Source: Octopus sinensis
Taxonomy: Eukaryota
Length of the DNA stretch: 64,000 nt
Assembly (NCBI RefSeq): GCF_006345805.1
Contig: NC_043004.1
Coordinates: 92,504,001-92,568,000, forward strand
Direction: 5' to 3'
The position numbers were made by a program, and so were the translations under genes. This document shows, piece after piece, positions 34,928 to 49,031 of this stretch. The notes beneath the pieces were generated by a model. That model saw only the letters and a program-made list of their open reading frames with translations, was not told the DNA's origin and made no database searches. How positions within the stretch are numbered: position 1 is the stretch's first letter; each line of letters begins with the position of its first letter.

Positions 34928-36112
34928 GGGAAGGTACTTTCCCCGTGTGATATTCCAGATAACATATTCTTTTCGTTCTTTTGGTAATAGGAATTACCAA
35001 AGAGTTAATGTTACCAACAACAATCAACACAACATTTGAACTGGAAGAAGAGAGAAATTTACTCGATAGGTTTTACAAACTGTGGATTGCCTCCACACAG
35101 AAAAAATTCCGCTAACAAAGATAAATGCACTATAGAAACAGCCTAAAAGAATACGTAATTTATCGCAGACCTGTCAAATTTGAAGTACTGCAGAATTTTG
35201 CCAAATACGTGCTGAACGGAGGTTAGCGAAATATATAGTTTATGAGAGTTCATACTGATTGTTTGTAAGCTGTGAATACTGCAACATCAAGACGTGGTGA
35301 AGCGAAACTTTTTGCGCAGCAAACTGTTATATTCAACGTTATTTGCATTGTGAAAATTCAATATCTTTTATGTCTTGATAACGCTTTTAGCTATAGATAC
35401 GAAAACTGTATGTTTCAGCGTGGAATATGTTGATTACGTCTTACTGATTCTAATGTTTCTGGCTTCGACTGCTTTCACCGAACATGTTATTGTCATTAAA
35501 TTTTGTGTAGACATTTTAACAAATTATATAACAACACTTGTCAGAAGGAAGACTTCTTCGAGGTATTTTTTTATCTCTGTTTTTCTTTTTTCTTTTACTC
35601 TTGTAATAGAAAATATGACCATCATGATAGTGATGGTTTCGTAGATGGCAGACAAAGGTGCGTCAAATTCTGAGTTTACGACAGGCCAGAAAAACCTTCG
35701 TTATGGTCATTACACTTATTTTCGTGAATTTGACGTACTAAAACTTGGGATTGATTTATGCGCAGAAAATTATTGCAGCTAATGAAATCAGCGCCTTTAT
35801 ACCGTGATTTCTTCTGTTTTGCATTGAATCTGCTTATTATAAGCCAAACGCCGTGGATACCGATGATGTAACGACAACTCCAGAAACCCGGGTTCACTTC
35901 TTAAATACAGATGGATCACTACCTATTCGTGTACATGTAAGGATGTGAATGTGTGGTCTCGTGTCCCTATTTACATTTTTGGTGATATTGTGCCTATTTA
36001 TGTCTCGTAGCATTCCAGTTCAATAAAAGGAAATCGATAAGATATACATCAGACTAATACTAATTACTGGTGTCATAAGCAACACCCATGCATTGACAAA
36101 ACTGTAAAAGTG

Positions 36113-36570
<458 letters not shown>

Positions 36571-36896
36571 AAGAATATATATATATATTTAAATTAGTGT
36601 GATCCAAAATAGTCGTGGTACAAAGAGTATGTTAGCCTCAAGCATAGACAAGACTTGTATACATAGCACAAGTTAGATGACAATCAATCAATAACGTTTA
36701 TTAATCAATATGTCCAATACATTTCGTCCCATATTGAATTGGAATTTCAGAGGAGGTACCAGTCACTACACAACTCCAGCATATAGTATGGGAAAGTTGC
36801 TAATAGTGCTTTAATAAATCTGTGGATGAACGGAATGGATTAGGTAGTTACATAGTATATCAATACTACATCTCTTTCAAAGGACGCACCAAAGAA

Positions 36897-36951
<55 letters not shown>

Positions 36952-37495
36952 GCGTATATATAGAGAGACAGACAGACAGACAAAAAATGAGACATCTGGA
37001 AAGTATTATATAAATATATATAATTTCGATTGAATTCGTCATTTAAGAAAGAATATAAAAGTCCACGTTTAGAAATGCAAACGAGAACATTGTTCTAGTA
37101 GGAAATGATTGCTGAAAAACAAGACATTTGAGAGCATTGTTTCTGGATCTTATACGTTAGCAAAGGTCAAGATTGAATACGCTCTGTTGGCACTGGTGGG
37201 AGTAAAAAAGACACAGATCTTATTACCTGTGATAAAAATTACCGACAGTCTAAGGTAACTCTCCTTTGAATCCATTGAATATTGACACCCAACGAAATTC
37301 ATATGTAAGCAACAAAAACGTTGTCCTATATTTACAATGACTCAAAATTTCGTTCTATTCACGCTTATTTACGCGGCAGATATATGCAATTTAACTAAAG
37401 GCTGATTGTATCGGGAAAAAATAGTGAATGTTTATTTTATGAGTGCTGTGTAATTAAGTATATAAAATTGTGCATAAAGTATATACAGTATATAT

Positions 37496-37858
37496 AGTTA
37501 AGTTAAGTTAAGTTAAGTTAAGTTAAGTTTTTGGCTCAAAAAGCAAAAAGCAAGGCCATGTAGGGGGACATGGAGTTATGTACAGGGAGGGTGTTCATGC
37601 AAAGAGTTCAGGCCATTTCTGGTCATCGGCATCTTCACTATCTCGTCCGGCAACTTATTCCAAAGATCCGCAACCTGGACGGAGAAAGCCCCTTTCCTTC
37701 GATTGAGATGAAATCGTCGCAGTTAGAGCTTTTCGGAGTGACCCCGCAGCCGACGCTCTGGAGCAGGAGTGAAGAACAGCTCTTTCGAGGGGTTACACTT
37801 TCCGCTTATGATGTTGTGAGCAAGAATGAGATCACCACGGCGTCGTCGTTTTTCTAGA
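37496..37858 (-). mobile_element. CR1-clade LINE 3' end, 5'-truncated, with (AACTT)n tail
   Basis: LEKRRRRGDLILAHNIISG..FF..RLRGHSEKL*..FHLNRRKGAFSVQVADLWNKLPDEIV is a typical CR1 ORF2 C-terminus; tail 37496-37527. Confidence 0.92.
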
Positions 37859-38028
37859 GAATAAAGGTCGAGGTACATTAAGTAATCATCGTATTCCAAT
37901 TTCTATCACTTTTCAATTAGTAGCAGATGAGTGATTATCTTTCCGTACATACAGAAAATACACAGACAACTCTATCAGGCTTCTTGGATAACATTTTCAG
38001 AAATAACCCAAGAGGTTTACCATGAATT

Positions 38029-38055
38029 CCGTGAAATATTCACGGGTCCCGCTAG
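38029..38055 (+). mobile_element. Helitron 3' terminus
   Basis: Perfect hairpin CCGTGAA-ATA-TTCACGG, then GTCCCG-CTAG|T; 5' end not located. Confidence 0.75.
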
Positions 38056-38261
38056 TATATATAAGTATAATTAAGAAACACCGAAGAAAAAAATACAAAA
38101 ACACGACATTTTGAATAACCTTCAAGAGTAACCACGTTGTGGGTTAATTCAGGTTGGAGTCTCAGGTATATATCACCTTCAGAAACTCATCTCTACTAAG
38201 CTTCATGAATCCATTGCTGATCATTACCGTTCCAAAAACTTCACCGGAGCTCATACCAGTT

Positions 38262-38307
<46 letters not shown>

Positions 38308-38313
38308 TTTTTA

Positions 38314-38358
<45 letters not shown>

Positions 38359-38766
38359 CATAATAATAATAATAATAATAATAATGAATGATGATGATGA
38401 TGATGATGATGAAATTTTATCAGTTGGCTTGTTAGTTCTTTAAAATAATTGCAAATGTGTTTGTTTAGATATTCTGAAAGAAACGTACTGAGGTGGTCTA
38501 GACTCTAGTTTATTAGTTTATTTGTATTGAGAAATATGTATTAATTTCTATACACAAACAAACATACATGCACACTCACACGGGTATATTACATATGTAT
38601 ACACATACATACATATATATTACATATGTATGCATATCCATACATGTACGATGCAATATATGTGTTATGTAGTTATATAAATATCTATATATAAATGAAC
38701 GTTTTCTGCTTCAATACACTTGCATCACTGGATATATATACTTGTGTATATATATATACTTGTATA

Positions 38767-38808
<42 letters not shown>

Positions 38809-39349
38809 ATATATATATAATACACACACAGACACACATGCACACACTATGTGTGTACGTATGTGTGCTATTGCCAGTCATTGATCCGCGTTACCACTCT
38901 AGACATTGAATTTATTGTTATATTATATCCAGCAAAACCTAAATTTGCATTTCATCGATTTAAAGTAGAACAGAATATTAAATATTTGTTATGATTCAAT
39001 ACGACCCGCTGAATACATGCAAAAATGTTCAATGAATATTTTATATTCAATGAAACGACATGTTTCGATTTGCGGTAATGCATCATGCAGAAATTTCACC
39101 TTCTCTCTGTACATTGTGATCGTTCAATGCAGGAATAATGATATTTACAGAGGAGTGTGAATGTATGAAAAATCAGAACTGGCTCGAAAGTAGTGCTGTA
39201 AATACGTGAAATATTGCAACAGATTTGTGCATTTTTTCTGCTGTTTCGTAATAAAACAAAGATCGGAAACTGATGTGCTTACATTTGTTTCGTGCAAAGA
39301 GGCTTCTTTTTATTTTCTGAGTATGGAAAAATTGTCTTCACCCACTGTC

Positions 39350-39800
39350 TTCTAAGACCTTCTTAAACCGGTGAGATCGATGCCCGTCAATGTCATGCTG
39401 GAACCTTTATAAGTCAACAAACTGCAGAAAAGACGTGCACAAGATGGAAATACCAGAAGGCTGACATTCTGGGACGCAAAGATTAATGTAGAATCTGCAA
39501 ATATGGACACAAGAAACGGTGTAAGAGGAGCAACGATGAGTGGGATATGAGTACTTTTAAGGAGATGGCTTATGCTCAACCAGAGCTGAGGCTGTTAGAG
39601 TTCCGCTAGAAACGGCACAGAGAGAAGACAGCGCACCTGTGGGCCAGAAGCCGGGGCGTGTCTTTGTGGTACATTATGCATATCACTTTTCCAGATGCGG
39701 CCAAGGATGTCTCTATGTGTTGCAACAGCACTGCTCCAATTGTGAGACCAATAGTCCATTGTGGCCTTCTCCTGATCTTTGTACAATATCAATAATTGTA
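39350..39800 (+). mobile_element. Possible decayed RTE/RTE-X LINE 3' fragment
   Basis: TRRLTFWDAKINVESANMDT resembles RPKLRFKD..KRD.K..NIDT; later SRCGQGC..QHC resembles a decayed zinc knuckle. Confidence 0.35.
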
Positions 39801-39986
39801 AAGAGAAGGGCTAATCACTGAGATGCAATCCTATCTGTGTTAAATGATGTTCTTGATATTAATCAGCAGCGGTTTCTTTTTCTTCCTACTAAAAATGGCA
39901 ATAATGGAAGATTCTTTCGAGGCTAATGCTGCTTTGCTATGTAGTACCTAAAGATACGAGTGGATGATGCATGGTTGGTGAATCTT

Positions 39987-40026
<40 letters not shown>

Positions 40027-40092
40027 AAGCATTGGTTATAGAACAAACATTAAATTTGGGTCAATGACTCTACATACAACATATTTCTTGTT

Positions 40093-40516
40093 GTGTATAT
40101 ACTCTTTTACTCTTTTACTCTTTTACTTTTTTCAGTCATTTGACTGCGGCCATGCTGGAGCACCGCCTTTAGTCGAGCATATCGACCCCGGGACTTATTC
40201 TTTGTAAGCCCAGTACTTATTCTATCGGTCTCTTTTGCCGAACCACTAAGTGACGGGGACGTAAACACACCAGCATCGGTTGTCAAGCAATGCTAGGGGG
40301 ACAAACACAGACACACAAACACACACACACATACATATACATACATATATACGACAGGCTTCTTTCAGTTTCCGTCTACCAAATCCACTCACAAGGCATT
40401 GGTCGGCCCGGGGCTATAGCAGAATACACTTGCCCAAGATTCTACGCAGTGGGACTGAACCCGGAACCATGTGGTTGGTTAGCAAGCTACTTACCACACA
40501 GCCACTCCTACGCCTA
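40093..40516 (-). mobile_element. SINE group B, full length, well preserved
   Basis: Minus strand AGGCGTAGGAGTGGCTGTGTGG..GGTTCAGTCCC..; (AAAAGAGT)n tail. Confidence 0.95.
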
Positions 40517-40599
40517 TATATATATATCGTAGTGGTTGTTGTTTTATCTAGTGTCAAATGACTCATTGATGTGTAGGCGGAAGAGAGTTGAAATTGAAA

Positions 40600-40960
40600 C
40601 CTAGGGTACATGGAAGTTGATAGTATAAAGGAAAGAAAGAATTCCTTCAACAAATGAACGAATGAACCCTAAGGCTGGGTAGTTTCATCAGGTAGTTTCA
40701 TGCAAAACATGGTAGAAAATTTTGTTGATATTGAGAGCAAGCACACCGCTTTCATCAAATTTTTCCGAGGCAAGAGTCCACTGGTGACTGGCAGAAAAGA
40801 GTAGATTAACCAGTGAGTTTGTCTTTACAGAGATCCCACTGATGGTTGCAATTGTTGATAACGGAGGAACGCATTGAAAAAGAAACTGTTTAGAATTTCT
40901 ATACAGAAAATTACTCCGAATACATTCAGCTCTGCTACAATAGCCAGCGGCTTAATATCT
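40600..40960 (-). mobile_element. Possible decayed Penelope-like RT fragment
   Basis: ILNSFFFNAFLRYQQLQPSVGSL loosely resembles the YF.FNG..YQQ..G..MGSP motif. Confidence 0.25.
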
Positions 40961-41420
40961 CTATATCTTTTTATCCAGTGTTCATTTGCAAAACCTCTCC
41001 TTTTGATTTACTAAAAATCGTTTTCTTAGGTCATTCCAATTTTTCGTATTTTTCTCTTTCTCGATTTTTTACTCAGTTTACAATAACAGATATATATTCA
41101 CAGAAGTGTTAGACTACATACCTACGAATGAAATTAGTTCATTTCCAGTGAATCTCTAACAAGACACGACGACGCCTGTCCGAGACTTACAGCCGGAGGG
41201 AGATATAAAGCAACAGCCCTCATTTCATTTTAATGACTGCGTTGCAGATTTGCATGAATTTATATACAGTGTGCTCCAAATACAACCCTACCCACATACA
41301 CACTTATCTCTGCCCCTGTATATGTAATTATATATGTATATACACATGTAAATATATAAATATGTATATATACATATATAACCCCCTACACACACACACA
41401 CACACACACAATATATATAT

Positions 41421-41463
<43 letters not shown>

Positions 41464-42154
41464 ATATCATATCGCGTTAAGCCCCATGCTTTCGATAACA
41501 CAAAAGGGGATATATCGAACTGAAAGTTGATGTGCCTTGTTAGATATTCATTGATTTACATTTATGTGAGCGTGTGTTTTTTTTTGTGTTTGTGTGTGTC
41601 TCTCTCTCTCTGTGCGCATGTGTGTATGAGTGTGTGTGAGACAGAGAGAGAGAGTGGGGGAGGGAGACAGAGAGAGAGATAAGAATGTGTGTGATAAGAT
41701 TACATATTTCGCGTCATTTGCTGTCAGATGCTGTGAAATCCTTACAAATCTCCTGATCAATAACGATACTAAAAATAAGAACATTCTGTAATGGAAATGA
41801 ATCGTCTTCAAGAGCTGTAGTTGTATACGAACATTATTATTTCTCTTAATCATTACGGCATGCGCAAAAATCAACAATGATTGCAAAATGGGTTATCGAT
41901 ATGCTGTAACACGTACCCTAATTAACGATCGTTAAGCGTAACTCTAAATTAAATCTTTCTTTCAGTGATCTATCCACTTATTGAAAATTCCCCAATCGGA
42001 TTAGCATTTTTAGAATCTGGCTCTCTGGCATAGAAAAATGTCGCGAAGTTCAACGTTTATGGACCGGAAGGATTGCACAGCAATATATATCTGAGTAGAG
42101 ATGGATTTAAGTATTTGCCTCGAATGGACATATGTACGTAATATATATATATAT

Positions 42155-42197
<43 letters not shown>

Positions 42198-42214
42198 TGT
42201 GTGTGTGTGTGTTT

Positions 42215-42375
42215 ATAGGATCAGGAGTAGCTGTTTGCTAAGTAGCTTGCTTACCAACCACACGATTTCCGGGTTCAGTCCTACTGCGTGGCACCTTGGG
42301 CAACGGTCTTCTACTACAGCCTCGGGCCGACCATGTGAGTGGATTCGGTAGACGCAAACTGAAAGAAGCCCGTTG

Positions 42376-42431
<56 letters not shown>

Positions 42432-42690
42432 TAGATATGTATGTATGTATGCATGTATGTATGTATGCATGTATGTATATGCGTGTGTTTGTGTGTCTCT
42501 GTTTATCCCCACCACCACCACCATCACTCGATAACCAATGTTGGTGTGTTTACATCCCCGTAACTTAGTGGTTCAGCAAAAGAGAACGATAGAATACGTA
42601 TTAGGCTCACAAAGAATAAATCCTGGGGTCGATTTGTTCGTCTAAAGGCGGTGCTGCAGCATGGCCGCAGTTAAATGACTGAACAAAATT
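42215..42690 (+). mobile_element. SINE group B copy
   Basis: Head, internal microsatellite and tail all recognisable. Confidence 0.9.
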
Positions 42691-42699
42691 TTAAAAAAG

Positions 42700-42800
<101 letters not shown>

Positions 42801-43374
42801 GCGCTCAAGAAGACGGTGACAGCAGCAGCTTCCAATTTATCTACCGAAGTTTTCTTTGATTCTTTCTCGCTTTTTGACAGGTTTCTCTTTTGGTAGATGG
42901 AGTAATGTGAATAAGATGTAGGTTTGGTGAATGTAGACAGGGAAAGTGATTGCGTGGGAAGATAGAAACAAAGAGATGTGTATGTGTGTCTGTATGTGTG
43001 TTTGTCTGTGTGTGTGTGTGTCAGTGTAAGGAAGTGAATTTGGCAGTCTTTAGCACGTTTAATGGCGTGCATTATTGCAGTATTCTTACACTTTGTGCTC
43101 TGAATAAAATCCCCACAAAGCTTAACTTCAAAATTCATTCTTTCAGAAGCAATAAAATTATTATTACAGGGCGGTTGTGTGACAGGATTGTTAAAGCGTT
43201 GGGCGAGATGTCTTGGAGTATCTGCTTCTCCATATACTGCGATGACACAAGGTCTGCGATCACAAAGTATCTTAGCATTCGGTGAATAATATCCTGCACA
43301 GAAGCCATTACTAGGCATTTGCCAGATGAGAAACTCTCTAACTGCAGGTAACCAAACCATCGCAGCGTTACTCA

Positions 43375-43554
43375 AGAAACAGGAAAAGAGAGTGAGAGAA
43401 AGTTGTGTCGAAAGAATACAACAGGGGTCGCCACCACCCCCTGCCGCAGGTTCGTGGAGCTTTTAGATTTTTCGCTCAATAAACACACACAACGCCCGAT
43501 CTGGGAATCGAAACCGCGAGTCCGCTGCTCTAACCACTGGGCAATTGCGTCTCC
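43375..43554 (-). mobile_element. SINE group C variant, 5' half (same head as 51623-51980)
   Basis: Minus strand GGAGACGCAATTGCCCAGTGGTTAGAGCAGCGGACTCGCGGTTTCGATTCCCAGA..TTTATTGAGCGAAAA. Confidence 0.85.
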
Positions 43555-45550
43555 ACATATATGTGCATACTGTGTGTAAATATGCATACGTGTCTGTGTG
43601 CGTGTGTGTGTGTGTAATATGAAATTGGCAGAATGCGTTGTTGAATGTTGAAAGACCGAACTGTAGAGACAGAGATATATGTATTGAAATATGAGAAATG
43701 GAAATGTATCAATGGTATTTAAAGGCAATGTATTTTGAATAGCATAATAAATGATTATTTTAAGAATAGAGAGAAACAATATTACGAATATTTTTTAAAA
43801 GGTATTCTTTTCTTGGAAAATGTGCGTGAGTCTTTATGAATGACTTTTTAACACGAGAAAGAAATGTGTGCTCTTCGAGCGGAAATGATGTAACTTACGC
43901 TATGTACATCATCCGGTTATGCTCATATACTGTTTGACCTGTAATCTGGCTTTGTTTCAATGCTTACGCTATACAGCATGTAGAACAAACGCATTTTGTT
44001 AATATGTGCGTGTTTATGCTTGTGCGTGTATATGCGTTTGTATAAGGAGAGAGTGAGTGGGGAGAAACAGAGAATGCAGTTGACAATATATATATTCACT
44101 AATCAGTGACGACAGTTAGTGGAAATGTTACACTAATAAACATATTAAATTCGACAAATATAAAAGATTTCTGTAAAACCATAGAATATTAAATGTTCCA
44201 CTAACAGCTCATACGACTGGGCGTAAATGCAATAGTTAATTTATATAGCCATACTGGTTAAACAAAATATAATGAAAAAGGGAGTAACTTATACTATCAT
44301 AGTAATAAATTAAATCGCAAGTTGTCACATATATAGAGAAATCAATCAAGCAGAGGAACTATGGAGACAGAGTATCATCTTAGTTCCATTTATTAGATCT
44401 ATTACAAACCACCAGGGCGCCTAACTCATCCATTTAGGGAACTAAAGAGTTATTGTATACATATATATTAGGGGAGAGATAAGCAGACTAAGTGATGAGA
44501 TGGAGATTTTTAAAAGGGCGACTGCTTATTTATTTATTATTTATTATATTCTTGAAAGTATCATTAACAGGAGGAAAAGTATTATGAAAAGATGGGCATA
44601 TAGGTAAGAATTAAACAACGGTAGAGAATAAGGCTATAAAACCAACGCTATAATTATGGCTTTATATCAGGGGTGCAGTGAAATTATGAGGTAAGAAATC
44701 AAATATTAGTTATACAGGGTAAAATTAAGCAAGAAGCATTAAGATGTAAACGTTTCAAATAGAAGTATCCATGATAAATATGAAGTAACGCAAAGAAAGT
44801 TATTTAAGATAAGGTAAGTCAGCTGAGCGTAATTTTCCAGAAAGTTTTATTGAATTGGTGGGAGCAACGAATCAATAATTCGTTACGCTGATTAATTTGA
44901 CCCGACCCACATCAGAGATTTTTAAGCACTTTCAGAGAACATAAATATAGCTACTTCATCCCTGTGTATGTGAATGCAGTACTTATAATTGGTCACGAGA
45001 CACAGTAATCAATACTCCTCTCTTTGGGATATGGAATGAGTGTAGTAAATGAGGGACTCCGAGCTGTCCATTTATTATTAAAGGTATGTGTGTATATGTG
45101 CAGTCGTGTGTGTGTGGTGTGTGTGTGTACAGTTGTGTGTGTGTACGCAGTTGGGTGCGTGTGTTCATGCAGCCTAAATTTGAAGTTAGATGCTGTGGAA
45201 CCAGTGTAATAATGAACTTCATGAGATATTTTAGCAGAATATTTATAAACTAATTTCTAAGATACTGGTTATTTCAAGGGCATTTATTTTGAACCCTATT
45301 GCTACACATATCGTCATCTGCATTCTTATGTTTGTCTATATTTATACACTGTGATGGATGCACTAATCTCAAATCGGTACGTGTCCCTGGATTTACTGTT
45401 TCTGTGGATCGTGTCTTTTAGAATAACTGAATCCTAATTCTAATTTTCCTTCTATTACATTCTGTTATCCTTGATTTTGCATGAATGTTGACTGAGGCAC
45501 TCGCTAGGATTTCGCAAATCGCTATTTTCTTACTAAATGTATGTATGTAT

Positions 45551-45816
45551 GTCATTGTTCAGTTTTATTTCAAGATTTTTTGCCAATAGAGAAAGAGCCG
45601 GTTTCTAACCTAGATTCAAGGATCCCTCAACAACAGGGTATTTTTGTTTGTATATATGTATGTATATGAGCAGATTTGTACGTTCTGCTTTATGTATGTA
45701 TTCTTATGCATATAGCTGCATATCCAGAGATACTCATATGTATTTAAATGATAAACTTCTTGAAAGTTTTACAGATTTTTACAGTTCCAGTCATGGATTT
45801 GATCTATAGTCTTCGA
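45551..45816 (-). mobile_element. R4/Dong-type RLE LINE family 1, short 3' fragment
   Basis: Matches the 3' end of 52652-53612; (TATG)n on both flanks. Confidence 0.85.
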
Positions 45817-46611
45817 GTTAATATATGTATGTATGCATATATGTTTGCATGTATGCATGTATGCTTGTATGTATGTATGTACGTATGTATGTATGCATGT
45901 ATGTATGTATGTATGTATGTATGTATGTATGCATGTATGTATGTATGTAAGTATGTATGTGTGTATGCATGTATGTATGTATATATGTATGTATGTATGT
46001 ATGTGTGTATGTATGAGTGCATGTGTCTGTGTGTACCTGTTTGATTTATACAAAAACATACAAGTACTTATTACACTCTTGCATTAAATGTATGTAGTTT
46101 GATATGCGCTTGTCATGCGTAAAACAAATACATCAACGTATTTAGAAGACATATATGATAGTATTTTTAATTTACATTTTCTGCGTTTTTAAGTAATCAC
46201 TTGGCCGTTGACGTCAACTGATACTCACCAAGAATCATTTGCTTTCAGGCTACACAGCTCTGTGTATTGCGTCGGCAACTTTTGATTTGTTTACAATATG
46301 CTTTCATTGTGACTCTGAATGAAACGTGATACGCACATACTTCTCTATCTTAGGTTTATGTTATTCTTGTTGAAGAGCTGTTGGAATTTGCGGCCGTTCA
46401 GGAAATATTTTTGGAAAAAAATTTGAGATATCATTGATTTTTCTTTTGTTTTCATATATGAATGTTATTATAGTGAATGTTAACATATAGCATTGCTCTT
46501 CCTATGTTGTTGTTGTTGTTGTTAGGGCGGTAGTGGTGGTGGTGGTGTTTGCAACTACTTGTATTTTCATATCGCCTGCGTGTTACTGCCACGTTATAGT
46601 CCACAACAGCC

Positions 46612-46684
46612 ATGTTGAAAATGGATAATGTGCTTATCATCTTGCTATTACTAATGACTACATGTTAGATGACGTTTGTGGAAG
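46612..46684 (+). other. Candidate exon encoding a signal-peptide-like sequence with one in-frame TAG
   Basis: CAGCC-ATG context; MLKMDNVLIILLLLMTTC*MTFVE then G|GTGAGA donor; TAG at 46666-46668. Confidence 0.25.
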
Positions 46685-46916
46685 GTGAGATTCTGGGTGG
46701 ATCTAGGATGGAGAATGCTATTTATATTCTTAGTGAACTCGTATGATTATCAGTTCATTTTAAATGTCATGTCGAAAAGGCTAACGGTTCTAAGTTTCGC
46801 TTCGTTTGTCCCTTTCATGCTAAATTTGATGAATTCTGTGGACTCAGAGAAAACCCAGAGTTTCATCACCATTAACGGGACTTTGTTTATTTAAGTTTGT
46901 CTTTTTTTTTCTGTAG

Positions 46917-47058
46917 ATATCGAATTACAAGTTTTCCGACTTTGCATGAACTATTATACTAATGTCACCAGTCTGAGAAGCCATGCAAAAGGCATGAACA
47001 GGGCCTCATCTCCTCTGAGTAGTTTATGAAAAGCGCAAGAACAGCAGCAAGAATACTG
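46917..47058 (+). other. Candidate exon with strong splice sites
   Basis: TTAAC branch-like motif at about 46872, acceptor TTTGTCTTTTTTTTTCTGTAG| and donor CTG|GTGAGG; the longest open frame (to TGA 47027-47029) is in phase with the upstream candidate exon. Confidence 0.35.
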
Positions 47059-47761
47059 GTGAGGGTTAGAGAGAAAAGACAACAAGAAGAAGAGAAAGAG
47101 ATAGAAGGAGAAAGAGAACGAGAATATGATGTATGTGTGTGTATGTCGGAGTAGGTATGTGTTTGTGTATTCTTAGCAACAGTGAACGAACGAAAGTGAA
47201 AGTAAAATCCACAGAAGTATTAAGCAAGTAAAAAGAGTTGCTAAGCAATAACTTCAAGTTATGTTTTATTAATACCAGATATAAAGTACTATTATCCACA
47301 ACACTATTGGCAATGTGAAACAACAAGAGCACACTCATTTAATATTCTAACGACGTCCATACACAGTTTTACTTTTATTTCGATTCTATTTTACCTCCTT
47401 TTTTTTTCATTTACGGTCTTATAAAAGTTTTTTGGCTTTGTTTTGGTTTTGATTTTGTTTTTTTTTTCATTCTTCTTTCTTTCTTTTGCTTCTTTTTGCT
47501 TTGTCCTGCGTATTTCATCATCTTTTTTGTTTCCGTAAAATGAATAAATAAAATACATTGATTGTTTGATTATTTATTCAATTGTTTTCTGGCTTTTAGT
47601 AATAAATCTTGCTTTATTGTTTCTCATATATATATATATTTATGTACAAATGCGACGAGGTAAGGTGGGAATGTTTGCAGGTATATATACATATATATAT
47701 ATCTATATACGTATAACTTTGTTTATGTTTGGATTAACTATATATATATATATATATATAT

Positions 47762-47817
<56 letters not shown>

Positions 47818-47831
47818 GCATGTATATACAC

Positions 47832-47885
<54 letters not shown>

Positions 47886-47929
47886 TATATATACATGTAT
47901 ATGTACACATAGGTAGGTATATAGGTATC

Positions 47930-47961
<32 letters not shown>

Positions 47962-48031
47962 TATATATATATACATATAGGTATATTTATAGAGGGAGAG
48001 ACATAGGTGTATGAATATATATATACATTCA

Positions 48032-48107
<76 letters not shown>

Positions 48108-48109
48108 GG

Positions 48110-48233
48110 TATATTGTTGAAGAGCGTAGGCTTGAAACATAAAAGACTTTCTCACTTCCCAAGCGCTAAACTAATACAACTGTTGGTTGTTATACACCCG
48201 TCTTCGTCTTTTGATTTTTTTTGTAAATTCAAA

Positions 48234-48235
<2 letters not shown>
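48110..48235 (+). mobile_element. Decayed copy of the 27610-27790 pLTR-like repeat
   Basis: TTGAAGAGCGTAGGCTTGAAACATAAAAGACTTTCT..CCCAAGCG..AACTAATAC. Confidence 0.7.
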
Positions 48236-48291
<56 letters not shown>

Positions 48292-48442
48292 TATATATAT
48301 ACATATATATATTGGTAGGTATATGTAATGCATATATGTATACGTGTATGTATTTATACATATATGTACCTCTCACACTTTCTCTCACTTTCGCTCACTT
48401 TCTTTCCCACTCTCTCTCTCTCTCCCTCTCTGTATAGAAGAT

Positions 48443-48742
<300 letters not shown>

Positions 48743-49031
48743 CGACACTTCGAAATGCAAATTAAGATGTGCCGTGCAAGGTTTGTGCGTGTGTCTGCGT
48801 GTATTAATGTTTGTTTTTATGTATGGTTTGTATATAGAAACAGCCAAACATTAAATTGAAGTATGATCAGTAACTTTCAGTATTGTAAAACGTTTATTTT
48901 ACTTTTACTAGCTGAAGCTTGACAGTTACTTCGAAGTTTCGGGTTAGCAGCCACCATCAGATTGTCAGATGCCAAACTTCCCCTTGTAAATGTATATGTA
49001 TGAATGTATGTATATGAATGTATGTATGCTT

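Noticed and set aside
41922-41935. 14-bp perfect palindrome TTAACGATCGTTAA
   Set aside because: An isolated short palindrome is not unexpected in 64 kb of AT-rich DNA
46222-46322. Possible minus-strand exon (TTCATTCAG acceptor, GTGAGT donor near 46220)
   Set aside because: Stops in all three frames and a weak pyrimidine tract
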